DNA of 64,000 nt from Marsupella aquatica (Eukaryota > Plantae > Marchantiophyta). The stretch covers positions 13,246,828 to 13,310,827 of the forward strand of contig OZ316894.1 of NCBI GenBank assembly GCA_973895155.1. Direction: 5' to 3'. The position numbers were made by a program, and so were the translations under genes. Positions 35,176 through 47,070 of this stretch are shown in pieces; position 1 is the first letter of the stretch, and every line of letters begins with the position of its first letter. Below the pieces are notes generated by a model, which searched no databases, was not told the DNA's origin, and was given only the letters and a program-made list of their open reading frames with translations.

Positions 35176-38082
35176 ATGCTTGGGTCAGTCTGTTTCTGGC
35201 GTCCTCTATATTGCAGCAGGTTTAATACCTCTGCAACTGTGGCGCTGTCACAGTCCCACCCTTCTAGCCCTCACACTTATACCACCAAACTCATCTCTCA
35301 ACGCTCGACTACCACCAACCTCCCTCGAACTATTCGCCGATCGCGCCAAAGGGATGATTTCCCTTCGGCGCGATCGGACCCCAGGGCAGTCCACTTGAGA
35401 CCGTCGGTTGCGGATTCCCATTCTCAGGTTATACTCCCTCAGCCTGACTTTGTATTTTTCATGCATCCTTGAAGTCCTTTTTTGTGGCTGTAGCTAGACA
35501 TGAGGTTTCTCGATTTCAAGTCTTGTAACTCTTTTCGGCTGGTGCATTTTATCGAACCAAGGTCTAAAAGCGTAGACGATTTTCTTCATGAATGTCTCCT
35601 TTGAATTCCTTGGCCGCATCCTGTGTATGGAATGCTCAATAATGCCAAGGAAACCAAGGCATAAACGCAGGGTTTTTAGGCATAAAGAGGTTGTGCTCTA
35701 CCTGTATTCTTCGCAAAGTCTCCCCTCGTCCTTGTTAAAAGGAAAGGTCAATGTGTTAATCTAAGGACACTTTCCCTGAATTGAAAAGTTGTGGCCATGT
35801 GCATCGTGTTTTACAGCTTTGGTTCTGTTAAATTGTTTCTTATTGGGATGGTGTAATTCTTGTACGGATGTAATAGTCCACATTATTCTCAGTTTGTGTG
35901 CTTTTGGGGGTAGTGTTTTAACCCCCTTGTTGTTTATATGTGTTATTTGAAGTCCGTTCTATTTTGACATCTGCTTTAAGTTCCTTCAGTGCAGTTAGAT
36001 TCCCGGTTCAACGTAGTTATGTGTAGGCGTCTTCAGGTCTGCAATTGAGTCGAAAAGTTCTGCGCACGAATGGATGATGCTTAGTGTGACAACTTGGGTC
36101 CCAAGATATCGTACTAACTTCCAGTGTTTTCTCGTTAACTAGGGGTGTTCCACACGATTTCACCATCATTCCAGCTCCTGTCTGCTCTCTGGAAATGGCG
36201 CCATTGGTGCCACCATCTGGCATGCTCTGTTACCTTCCCGGCACTTAACGTCTGCAGAGAGGGAGATTATTGTCAATCCCCCAAGGAGGAGCTCCGAGCC
36301 AGGGCTTGTGAGCGTAGGGCTTGGGAGGGCCGTGCACAGTGATATGGTTCCTTCTGGTAGTAGTTTGGTCTTCAAGCATGGGACGCTGGCAGTTGATGGC
36401 TTTGTAGGAAGCTCAGATGGTTTGCAAGCTAGACTCAGAGGGGTCAATGGAAGGTTTGCAATGGCAGCAGGGCTTAGAGAAGGGTCCTGGAATGTTGCTT
36501 GGGATGCCAGGCCAGCTCGCTGGCTCCATGGACGACACTCTGCCTGGCTTCTGTTTGGGGTATGTGCCTGTTTTTCTGCTGCAGCAGGTGCTCCAGTACC
36601 CCTTATTTCGACCACTATTTCTCCTGCACTGACAGAGGCGGAGAGGACTATCTCTTCTTCTTTGTCGGAGGCAGAAACAGGGGACCAAGAATTGCAAGTA
36701 TCTCATGGCAAACAAGTGTACACTAACTACTCTGTCACGGGTACGATATTACATAAACTACATGTAGCTACCTGTGTATTGAACAGAAAATGTAAGTCAA
36801 GGTGGGGTTACAGGTTTGCGATGAAGAAATAGGGGCCCTGTTTTCCACTTTTCCTTCACATCTTTAGTTTTCGAGACTATTTCTGTTTCTATTGTTGATT
36901 TTATGTAGTCTACATTTCTTTTGATTCGGGCAAGTTTCTTTGAACTTACAGGAATACCAGGAGATGGAAGATGTTTGTTTCGTGCTGTTGCTCATGGGTC
37001 ATCCCTTAGATGTGGCAGCGGGCCACTAAGTGAAAGTCAACAACGAGATCTAGCTGACGATCTTCGCAACAAGGTATGTATTGACGCTACTCATTTGTCG
37101 ATAGCTGGCACAAGGATGCTACCCAGTGAGTTTACCACTGACTTAAATTTACTGATTACTGTAGCAGCAACAGCCGTAAAGCACCCACTGATGAGGAGAG
37201 AGTTTTTAGTTTAACGGTATCACTCTGAAGTGTGGAGGAATATCTTTTGGGTGTCTAACTTGAACGTGACGATGATCGTTTGCATGCACTACATCTGACG
37301 AGTATTGTATTCTTTAAAGTCATTGACTTCCGATGATTTTCTGCGTCCAGTTTCTGTGCTATGGGTCTGTGTTGCAGCAGGAGTCTCCGTTCTGTGATAT
37401 AGTAGTGGCTCATACTAAACAAATCGTAATCGTTTTCAGGTCGCAGATGAGCTAGTAAAGCGACGCGAGGATACAGAATGGTGAGTTGGAGGGGTGGAAA
37501 GCGGGAGTGATTTAGTTCGTTCAATGTTTTTGTGTAATGAGTGAACAAATTGTGTGCTGTAAACATGACGGTGTTGGCAGCTCAAAGCAAATTTTCATGA
37601 TGCAGGAGGAGTCCATAAGCTTACTTTTCGCTGTTTGCATGTTATTATTTTTTGCAGGTTCATAGAAGGTGACTTTGATGTATACGTGAATCGTATTAGA
37701 CAACCACATGTATGGGGTGGAGAACCTGAGCTCGTTATGCTGTCACATGTACTAAAGTAAGTATTTTCTTACATGCGCTTCCATCTGCGTGTACGCTCCG
37801 TTATGTTTTTGGCATTCATCTAAATTCTTGTTGCCTGTAGTGGTTATAAAGACAAATTGTCAGCATTATAGTTATGGAATTCTAATTAGTGAACTCTCGC
37901 GTTGTAGGATGCCGATTACTGTGTATATGGCAGACCGGAACACGAAAGGTGGTCTGATTGCCATTTGCGAGTATGGGGACGAGTATGGGACAGATAACCC
38001 TGTTCGAGTTTTATATCATGGATTTGGGCATTATGATGCAGTACAAATTCACGGTGAATCTGTTCCTCCTTCGAAACTCTGA
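35176..38082 (+). CDS. OTU4: OTU-domain deubiquitinase, plant OTU4-like (428 aa). Exons 35176-35427, 36143-36740, 36952-37073, 37440-37480, 37658-37756, 37908-38082
   Basis: GT-AG introns join to 1287 nt in one frame. Catalytic motifs GIPGDGRCLFRAV, WGGEPEL, VLYHGFGHYD; family motif EGSWNVAWDARPARWLH..SAWLLFGVCAC; TACTAAC branch point at 36112; C-terminal SKL. The first exon is less certain than the rest. Confidence 0.9.
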
Positions 38083-40613
38083 CAACTTTGTCGAGTATTA
38101 CAGATTGCGGCAAAACGTGTAGAATAGACGAGGATAGTTGAGATAAATCTATGGGTCTGTTAGTCTTCTTTATTCATTTATTCCTTTTTACAGCCGGACC
38201 TAATAAGTGTAGCACTTTTCAGTGGTTTTAGCTTCCCGATTATCCTACAGGGAGTAACTGGAGTACCTTTCGACAGTAAGAGAGGGCATCAGTAATAGTA
38301 TGTTCGTTACAAAAGTATTGGACTACTCCTGATTTAAAGCCGCCAGGTGACATAGGGTAGGGCTTAAGAAACCTCGAAAAGTATTACATGAGTTGCGGTG
38401 AGCATCGATACTGGTCCGGAGTGGCCCTAATTTGTTGAAATTGCGACACATAGCTTAGTGTTCTGCCCTGTACTTGTCTTGACTCTGACTGTCTCAGGGT
38501 TTTTGCCACATTGGTTGTCAGTAGAGGTACCAGTGGCTAGGTATACCCAAATTCATGGGATTAACTAGACTCGAAGCTTTTATCTCGCAGTTACGATTAC
38601 ATTCATTTGTCTGATTGTAACCTTGGTTGCTCAATGTGACCTTGAGGGACGTCAGCTTGATGTCAAGAGAATATTCCTGAATTCAAGACAATATTCCTGA
38701 ATTCAACTTGAAGGCAGACATTTATGTGCACATCCATTAAAGTTTCCGGCTCGGCACTTGAGTCTGTCATTTACTGAAAGCCTTGCAGGAGGGCTATGGT
38801 CCCTGGAGAGTCATTTAGGACTTTCAGACCTACCCACTGCTTCCCGAATCCTGCGCAAAAAAAAGTGACTAAGGAGTACTTTACAAGAAGTTGGGGGCAC
38901 TTGGGAGTTTTTTTCATCAAAGTTTTTTCACCAAAGCAAACTGGAGGGCCAGTGCACACACTAAATATAGTGTTCCTGAGCTAAAAGCATTTATTGAATC
39001 CTTTTATTGCCCCCAAGGTCTTGTAAAGCCAAGTGCAAGGAGTGATGTTATGATCAACAGACTAAAAGACAGATTGAGGACCCACTCCCAGTGAATGTCA
39101 CCTAGTCTTTGGCTAAAGCCTTTCTCGATGTGGGAAGAGAAGATCTTATGAAGGAGGTGTGGGTCCCTTTTTAATGCAACTGACTTAAAATAGAAATGGA
39201 CCAAGAGGCCAGAAAGAGGAGATCTCCAACAAAGGTGGTCTAAAATCTAGGACAAACGAGTGTTTCACATAAGCAAAAATTGGGCCCCACTAAATTCCAT
39301 GTACGATTGGTAACAGGTTCAGTTGAAAGTGCCCCCAACATGTTGTGAAGTGAACAGCAGCAGTTTCTCCCAAATGGATGGCTCTGATCAGATCTTGGAG
39401 ACCAAACAAAAGTGGAAAGTACCCCAACTTCTTGTAAAGCCACCCTAAGTACCTAAAGTGTTCTCACTCTTACATGCAGCAGGCTCTCTTGCATAGTGGT
39501 AGCTTACGCAAGTGGGGAGGCACAGGTGTGAGGGTACAAATCCTCCTACAAGGGTACAACTTTTGACACAAACCCCACCCAAAAGTGGGGTTTAGACAAA
39601 ACTAGTGTGACACTTGGAAGAATTGTCAATTTTCAATTTTTTTCCAGCAGCGGACGTAGGACAGTGTCGCGTGGACTGAATGTAGGGGTCACCTCGGGCA
39701 AATGGACTGTTTCTGGCTACGATCGAGACAAGTGATGAACACAATTCGGGGCCCAAACTCAAACACTTTTATTTCTGAAAGCTTCGTGATCAATACAATG
39801 GGTGTTCTCGAGCGGGTCACTCTTGAAAGTTTGATGTCTAGCCCTACGGCGGGCCACTATCTATCTTCCATCGAGCTATCGTCCTCTCAAAAAGCTATCA
39901 AGTCCGAAAATCCACAAAAATCCAATTCCTCAAGTGCTCAAGCTCAGAACTTTGATCCTACTCAAAATCTATCAGGTCGCATTCCCAACGGTCCAAAACT
40001 CAAGCTCGCTGGCTCACAATCGGTAGTACCTCAACTCCCAATCCAAATCTCCACAAAATGATCGACTCCCTGGACTAATCCAAAGCCCAGGCCTTAAGTA
40101 TGCCTCAAAAACAACATTCCCGCCCAACGAGCCACCGCCAGGCGGGTTCAGAACTCAAGAGTCGGACTCTTGGTTGCCCAAAGATGAACCATCAGCCCTT
40201 CACATTTCATTCGCTTTCAACTTCCAACTCCTCAGCTTCTGCATGCCCAAAACTCATCAGAAATGGAACACCAATCATCACTCAAAGTCGAGCTCAAAGC
40301 CAAAATGACTCAACTTCTTGACACTCGCAACTCAATGGAAACGGAACACCAATCACCACTCAAAGGTAACCTCAGTGCCGGAACGGTTTGGCACTACCCT
40401 TTTTGTAACTCAACGGAACCGGAATGCCAACCGACTCTCCTCAATATTGGTCTCACTGCCAAAACGATTCGGCATGACATTCTCCCCCAATAAACTTGAG
40501 CAGCCTCCGGTCTGTTCCACTTCATCCAAATTTGTCTAAGTCTGAACCAGAATCAGAACTCGAACTCATCTCATCTCATGCGCCTAGACCACTTTCCCTT
40601 CAAGAAAGTTGCA

Positions 40614-40783
40614 GAACTCGACTACCTTAACACTTAGCTTCGGCGTCGTTGACTCCGACGCTGAGCTCCCTTATGGTCAAGGCCCGGATAGGCCATCCGG
40701 GGAGGACTTAGCATAGGGAGACTTGTGGGCAATGAGACGTGGCACTAGCGAAGGCAAGGCGCTAAGCTGGTGACACACACTAA
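40614..40783 (+). repeat. 170-bp dispersed direct repeat (second copy 45961-46130), probably part of an LTR of another family
   Basis: GAACTCGACTACCTTAACACTTAGC...GCTGGTGACACACACTAA in both copies. This copy is cut by a CACTA end at 40784. Confidence 0.8.
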
Positions 40784-43300
40784 CACTAGTACATTTTAGG
40801 GCCATTATCCGATAGCTATTCCGTCGGATCCCTTCGGAAACTTCATTTTGGAAAAATTGCATATTCGATGCACCCCGCTTTGCAATATCCCATATTATCC
40901 CTCGGACTTACTTTGGACTATCCGTTGGCGATGAACCATCGGACTTACTTCGGACTATCCGTTGACAATGCCAACGGACTTTCTGATTCAAACCCCTTCG
41001 CAAATCAGACCTTCCGATCTAATACATATCAGACACTAACAAACAAACCAAGTCTCAAAATGACAATTGTCCGATAGTAATGGTATGGGATATTCCGATA
41101 GTTTTGGCTATGTACATTGCGATGGGTTTATTATCGGAATTTGCGATGGGTTGAGTATCGGAGTTTGCCTATGAATAATTATTGGATGTTGCATTAGAGT
41201 TAGTATCGGATAGTGCGATGCAGTGAGGTTTGCAAAATCCAATGAAGTTGCCATCAGACATGGCATTTTCATGTTTTGGTTTTCTTGGAGGGGTCCAATG
41301 CGGAAAGGATTGGATGTTGCGAAGGTGTTTGAAACGGAAGGACCGATGAAGGTGCAAACGATAGCTAGGGTTTGATGGGTGGTTATTTGGGGTTTTATAA
41401 GAACATCAACCAATATATTAGGGTCCAAATGAGGCTCAAAACATGTGGTCAAAATCTCATATTAAAAAAGGGGATGACCCCGATATGTACAAAATGGAAT
41501 GGGCCTACCTAGTAGACCCATCTCGGTGACTGTTTGCTCCATATATGGGAACACCTTAATGGAGCAATGAGTAGACTGAGACTACACTCCATGGCACCTC
41601 CTGGGATCTAATCAAAGCTACCAGACCTACCTACATGGCACTAACCTCTAAAACGGTGTGTTTCATCCCTTCTTCTTGTGGCGAGAGTGAAAGTGGGGAA
41701 CAGGTGCGGGATCGCAAGAGCCCTCCTCTCTCTGACTGCCAACAACTGGTGGAGCCACCTGCTGACCAGATGGTGGGTCTAATCCTGTCCTACCCCTTGA
41801 CCCACTAGATGCACTGCTAGGTAGTCCAGGCACAGTAGAAGTCCCACCAACCCCTGACACAGCAGAGTGAAAGGAGGCCTCGACCCCCAAGGCAGACCTG
41901 CTAGAGTGATGGGAGGCTGCGGATGATGCATGTGGCCCATGCCGTGCTGTACTGCCACCTGACTCACGGGATGGCGCAAGACCCCTAGAGCCACCATCAT
42001 CCAAGTCACCACTACCTTGACGAGGGGGGCTAGGTGCACCAGATACTCCTCGACAAGGGGGGTTAGGTGCAGAACATACTCCAGAGCGATGGCGTGGGCC
42101 TGCACCACCTCTACTACGCCCTAAAGGCCCCGGCCTCGCAGCCCACGATGCGCCCCGTGACTGATGGGAGCTCACACCATCAACAATTTGTGACCCACCT
42201 CCCCTCCCTCTCAATGTGAGGGTACATGAGGTATCTAGGCAGTAGGGCAAACTCTTGGAACAGTCTGGGAAACTATAGGAACAGCCCGGGAAACTCTAGG
42301 AACAGCCCGGGAAACTCTAGGAACAGTCGCAGTAGCTCTAGGCTCCCTCTGCAACCCTGCCTCAGATCCTGAGTCCTCATCATCTGACCCTCCAGACCCC
42401 TCCTCCTCCTGCACATTACAATTAATTAAAGTAAGGAACTTGGTCAAAACTCTACAAATGTACCAGTGCTCTAGCTAAGCAAAACATTGTCCCAACTTAG
42501 GTAGGGGGAGGGGACAATTACCTCTCCCAGCTCATCCTCAATCTGTCGCTTTAGAGCACGGGGTCCATCCTTTGCTGCTAGTTCCCTCTCTTTTGGATCA
42601 ATGGGACGACCATACTCTCTCTCCTGACATTTCAAAATTAAAAGACCACATCAGCACAATAAATTTAGTTTCAACCATAAAATCCACTCCCTATACCAAA
42701 CTTCTCCCTCTCAAAACTCTATGGCTTATATATAACTTCTATAACTTACTTAACCCCTAGCAAATACTCTAAACCCTAAAAAAATCACAAGTGAACTCAA
42801 GAAAGGGTCCATTCCGGAATTTCATGCAAGTCTAGCATCTCTATTCTATGCAATCAAAAAAACCCTAAACCCTACCCTTCAAATCCACATATAGAGCCAT
42901 TTAAAACAAAATTCACTCGAACTATACGGGTTCCGATGCAGCATCCGATGCGGATTCTATCGGACTACTATCGAACCCCTCCACAAAATTTGAATGATAC
43001 AATGCCCGATGCGGGTTCCAAAATGGACAACCATCGGACTTAACAATCCCAAGAGCAAAAAAAAGGGGATCGGAACGTGATAAAGCAAAACGGGACAACC
43101 AAAACGTTCACTCTTCGCAAGAGAAGTCAGGTGGTCAGGGAGAGGAGCAAGGGAGGAGGGAGCTAGGAGGGAGGTGGAGGGAGGAGCCACTTACAAACTT
43201 GGCCTTAGATCGATTGGAGCTGCCTTGCCCCATCCGGTGAGTCACAATGGGCAAGCTGCCCACTGTTGAAGGTTCAGTTGGAGGGGGGCCATGTCAATAT
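40784..43300 (-). mobile_element. CACTA/En-Spm transposon fragment
   Basis: CACTAGTACA terminus, dense TCCGAT/ATCGGA subterminal repeats (40800-41210, 42920-43040), minus-strand low-complexity exon remnants (41663-42600) with a 21-bp tandem repeat. The second TIR was not found. Confidence 0.6.
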
Positions 43301-43309
43301 CCTCCCCGG

Positions 43310-45480
43310 TGTCTTCGGGATGGAATATAAAGGAAGGGAAGTGAAAACCTTATTTTTGAGTTGGAGGTATTTGGTGACGGTTTGTGATTTGGAAGAGGCT
43401 TTTATTGAAAGAAGAAAACTGTAATATGACAAAAGAAGAATAGAAGGGAAAAGAGATTACCTTTGGTTAGGAGAACTTCAAGGCAATTATCGTGGTAGTG
43501 ACATGTGGCGGCCTGGGAGGATTCAAAATTCATAAGGACATTGAGCACATGGCAGTTGAGGCGCGGAGGTTAGAAAGAGTACTTCACGGAGGTCAATGAA
43601 AGGGGCCAGGCGCATATAGATGGGAGGGAGGGATTGGCCGAGGAGGTGTGGTTGTTGGGAAAAACTTTCGTTGATCTGGTGAACAAGGAAAGAGACGAAG
43701 GTGAAAGAGCAAAGCGTGGCTGAACGTTGTTGAGTGTGAAAATTCTGGCTTTTCAGGTGTTGATATTTGGAATTTTTGGGAGGGAAGGCGGAGGCGCACG
43801 AAGTTTTTTTTGGGTGAGATGAGAGTGAAGCAGCCGAACGTTGGCAGAGTGTTGTGTGGTTATTGTGGGAATTTGGGAGTGAATGAAAGAGGAGCGAGCT
43901 GCCGATCGTTGACACTGTTTGGGGAAGATTGAATGTGAAGATTCAGGGGCTATGGTGAAAGCAAAGGGAACCAGTGAGCAAGACGAATAGCGAAAGGCCA
44001 AGGAGCTTGGGACTTAGGAGACGACCGTCTGATGTTCAAGTGAGAAGAGAGTCTAAGCGAGGTGAATGAAAAGGCAATATCGCGGGTTTCAGGAGGCTGA
44101 GTTCATTCAGAGATCCTCAAAGACTAAGAATTGAGACTGAGAAATTTAATGTGATAGAAGCAGGATGGGTATGGCTGGAAACGGAAGTGTGAGCATGAAA
44201 TTTTGAATGAAGGGAGCGAAAGGAAAAAATGAAGTGCTGCTGAACGTGGTTGTTTGGAATTGAAATTTTTGGGTGAAACAAGGCAAATCGGCAGGAGACA
44301 AGGACTGTAATGCAAGTCTGAGACAACCAGAGATCAAAGCAAAGGAGAAGAAACAACGCCGATTCCCTGGGAAGATTGCGTGAAAGATTCTGAGCAAGAA
44401 AGAGAAAGAAAGGCTAAAAAAAACAGAGAGCAATAACAGCAAGAAGACTATCAATTGAAGTGAGAGCAAAAAGAAATGAAAACTTTTGTGTAGAAACGAA
44501 AGAAGATGATGTTTTCAGATGTGTGAAGCAAGAGCGAATGGAACGCAACTGGAAACAAAGAATGATAAACCCTGAACTGAAAGGAAAAAGCTGGAGCAGT
44601 ATGAGCTTCGTGACTAATTTGAGTCTCAGAGTCTTTGATCGAGGATGCTGAGTTCATTCGTGTTGAGCCGCGAATCCGTCTGAGAAGTGAAAAATATGAG
44701 GTTCAAACCAGAGAAATGGTGAACGGCTTTTAGTGAAAATTGGATAAAGGAAGGCAAAAATGTTTGAGAAAGAGAGATAGAGTAAGATGCTGAAAGTCAA
44801 AGAGTGTAGTCCGAAAGCTGTGTAAAAGAAGAGAAGTGACAAACTTTTCTTCAGAGGAAAACTATGGACTGATCATGAGAAGGAGCCTGAAGCCTAAACT
44901 CTGTATGTGTGAGATTGAGGCTTACAAGAATCTGAGTTCTAAAGTTTTAAAGAGGAATTCGAGTGCTGAATAGATAAAGAGGATGGAGTATTGAAAAGCT
45001 GAGCCGATAAAAACAACGAGAGAATGATCCTGAAAAAGACTATGAGGTGATGCAAGAGGAGAAATGAGCCATTTATGAAGTTAATTAAGAGATTTCAATT
45101 AGAAATATGGATCACTCAGACCACTTTAGATTTGATGTTTGGAGCTTTAGAAGTGAATTTGAAGTAAAAAAATTGTTTTCTTTTGATGAGTGGAACCCGG
45201 TGATTGGGTCAATTTTTAGATTAGGGACTGTTCGCTGCCATGGGGTTTGAGGCTTCTAGTCGGAAGTTATTTTGCTATGGGATTGGAAAATCGAGAAGAG
45301 GGGAAAAGGAGGACCAGAAGAAGAGGCTCGAGAAGAGGAAAAGAAAAACAAAGATAAGAGGGAAGCACGACGACAAATGAAGCTTTGTTGCGAGTGTCAA
45401 GGTGTGACTATCGACGACTGACCAGACGGCCTGAGCTGGACCTGAGCTTAAGAAACCTGAGTCGAGGGAATGGAAAACTA
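43310..45480 (-). mobile_element. decayed LINE-like fragment, same family as 28369-29795
   Basis: Shared terminus and colinear first ~300 bp. Remnants SCSLVPFAFTIAPE (GCPLSP-like) and LPCAQCPYEF..CHYHDNC. The right boundary is approximate. Confidence 0.5.
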
Positions 45481-45960
45481 GAGTTAGAGAAGACTTTTCA
45501 AGAAAACTGATGTAACTTTTACCCCAAAAACTTTATTGAAATAAAGTGATTATGATTCAAATTCTTTTAAAGTTGAGTGTAAGAAATGTGATTTTCATGC
45601 GTTAGGACTTATTAACCGCAAGCAAAAAGAAGTATAAATGAGTGAGCTGAATTAAAAAGATGAGTTAAATTAGGATTAAGTATGGTATTAAAGTGAAAGT
45701 TGATTATGAATTAAGAAACACTAAGTTAAAATTAGGTTAGGATCATTCCTTGAACTTTGAAAATATAATATAATATATAATAAAATAATAAAATAAATTA
45801 AATTAGAATAGAAAAAGAAAACCCTTGTTTAATATTTGAATAGAAAAGATGAAATCTAAGTGGATGTTAGTATGTGATTTGGATATTTATGAATGTTAAA
45901 CATGAAGCGAGAAGTGATCTAGAGGGTCCCTAGAGCATTAGTAAAAACCCTTTAGTCGCG

Positions 45961-47070
45961 GAACTCGACTACCTTAACACTTAGCTCCGGCGTCGCTGAC
46001 TTTGACGCCGAGCTCCCTTATGGTCCAAGCCCAGATAGGCCATCCGGGGAGGACTTAGCATGGGGAGACTTATGGGCAATGAGACGTGGCACTAGCGAAG
46101 GCAAGGAGCCAAGCTGGTGACACACACTAAGGACTTAGGCGAGCTGAGAGCTGGTTGGGTCAAGGGGAAAGGGGCCGGACTCAAGGTCAACCATCCGAGC
46201 CCCCGGATGGACTATGAGTTTTGAGGGCTTGAGTGTTAGCTCCTCTTGGGCCCAAGGCCAATGGAGTTGACGCCATGGGCAACTGACGCTTGGGGCGTGA
46301 GTTATGGCCCGATCCGGGTTCGGCCGATTGAGGACCCCAAGCAGCAATGAGACCTGAGGGCCTAGGCATGAGCACTGGGTTGGCCCGATCACAACGGGCT
46401 AAGGCACTCCGCTTGCGGACACATAACGAGAAAGTTATGGGCGTTGCCAGTTGGTGGTGCGCCCACTATGCGCGATAGGATCCGGGTTGGAGGCCAAATG
46501 TTTAGGGACCAAAGTTGGTCCGGGGTGGCAGGTCTCCAGAAGCATATATGAGGGGAGTGGTGTCTCCCTGGGGGCCAAGAGCGAGTCGAAGTCGTGAGCC
46601 GCGGCGGTCTCAACACTAAGAGAAAGTGCCAAACGGAAATGACGATATCTTCCCAACAGGAAGTCCGTTGGATGACTTCTTGGGTGCTTTGGAAACCTCT
46701 CAAGAAGGGCTACGTCCTCCTGAGCTCAGCTGGGTCTAGGGGCACCATGGGTTCTCGAGTTTTGTGCGTGTTAGCTCGCCCACTTGCCAAATCCCGCTGA
46801 ACAACAGCCAAGCCGCATTCAATCTCCCGAGGGAGCTTGCATTGGGGAGGCGAGGCCAAGTAGGCGTGGAGGTTGAGTTCCAAGGGTGCTTGGCCCCTAG
46901 ACCATCAGTGGGGAAAACCGGGAGTTGCTAGAGTCAGGGCCATTCTGGTCCCGGCGTGTTGAGACAAGCTTGGGACAAGCTTTAGGACAAGCTACGCTAT
47001 TTGGGCCATGAGCATGTCCTGGGGATGGGCGCCCAAGGAAGGAGCTATTCTAGATGAACAATGGGCGTGG
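45961..47070 (+). repeat. GC-rich LTR-like fragment
   Basis: Contains the 170-bp repeat and a TATATGAGGGG TATA-like box near 46545; no long ORF. Confidence 0.4.

Noticed and set aside
36074-36142. In-frame ATG and TAG suggesting the OTU gene is a pseudogene or uses read-through
   Set aside because: The TAG is a splice acceptor preceded by a TACTAAC branch point, and an upstream phase-0 exon supplies the start.
38640-39600. Possible decayed LINE 3' end or other TE
   Set aside because: Only short ORFs and no motif I could identify reliably.
39606-40785. Solo LTR (TG...CA) with 4-bp TSD CTAG
   Set aside because: The apparent CA+CTAG is the start of a CACTAGTACA transposon end. The second copy of the repeat (46130) continues differently, so this is not a true LTR end.
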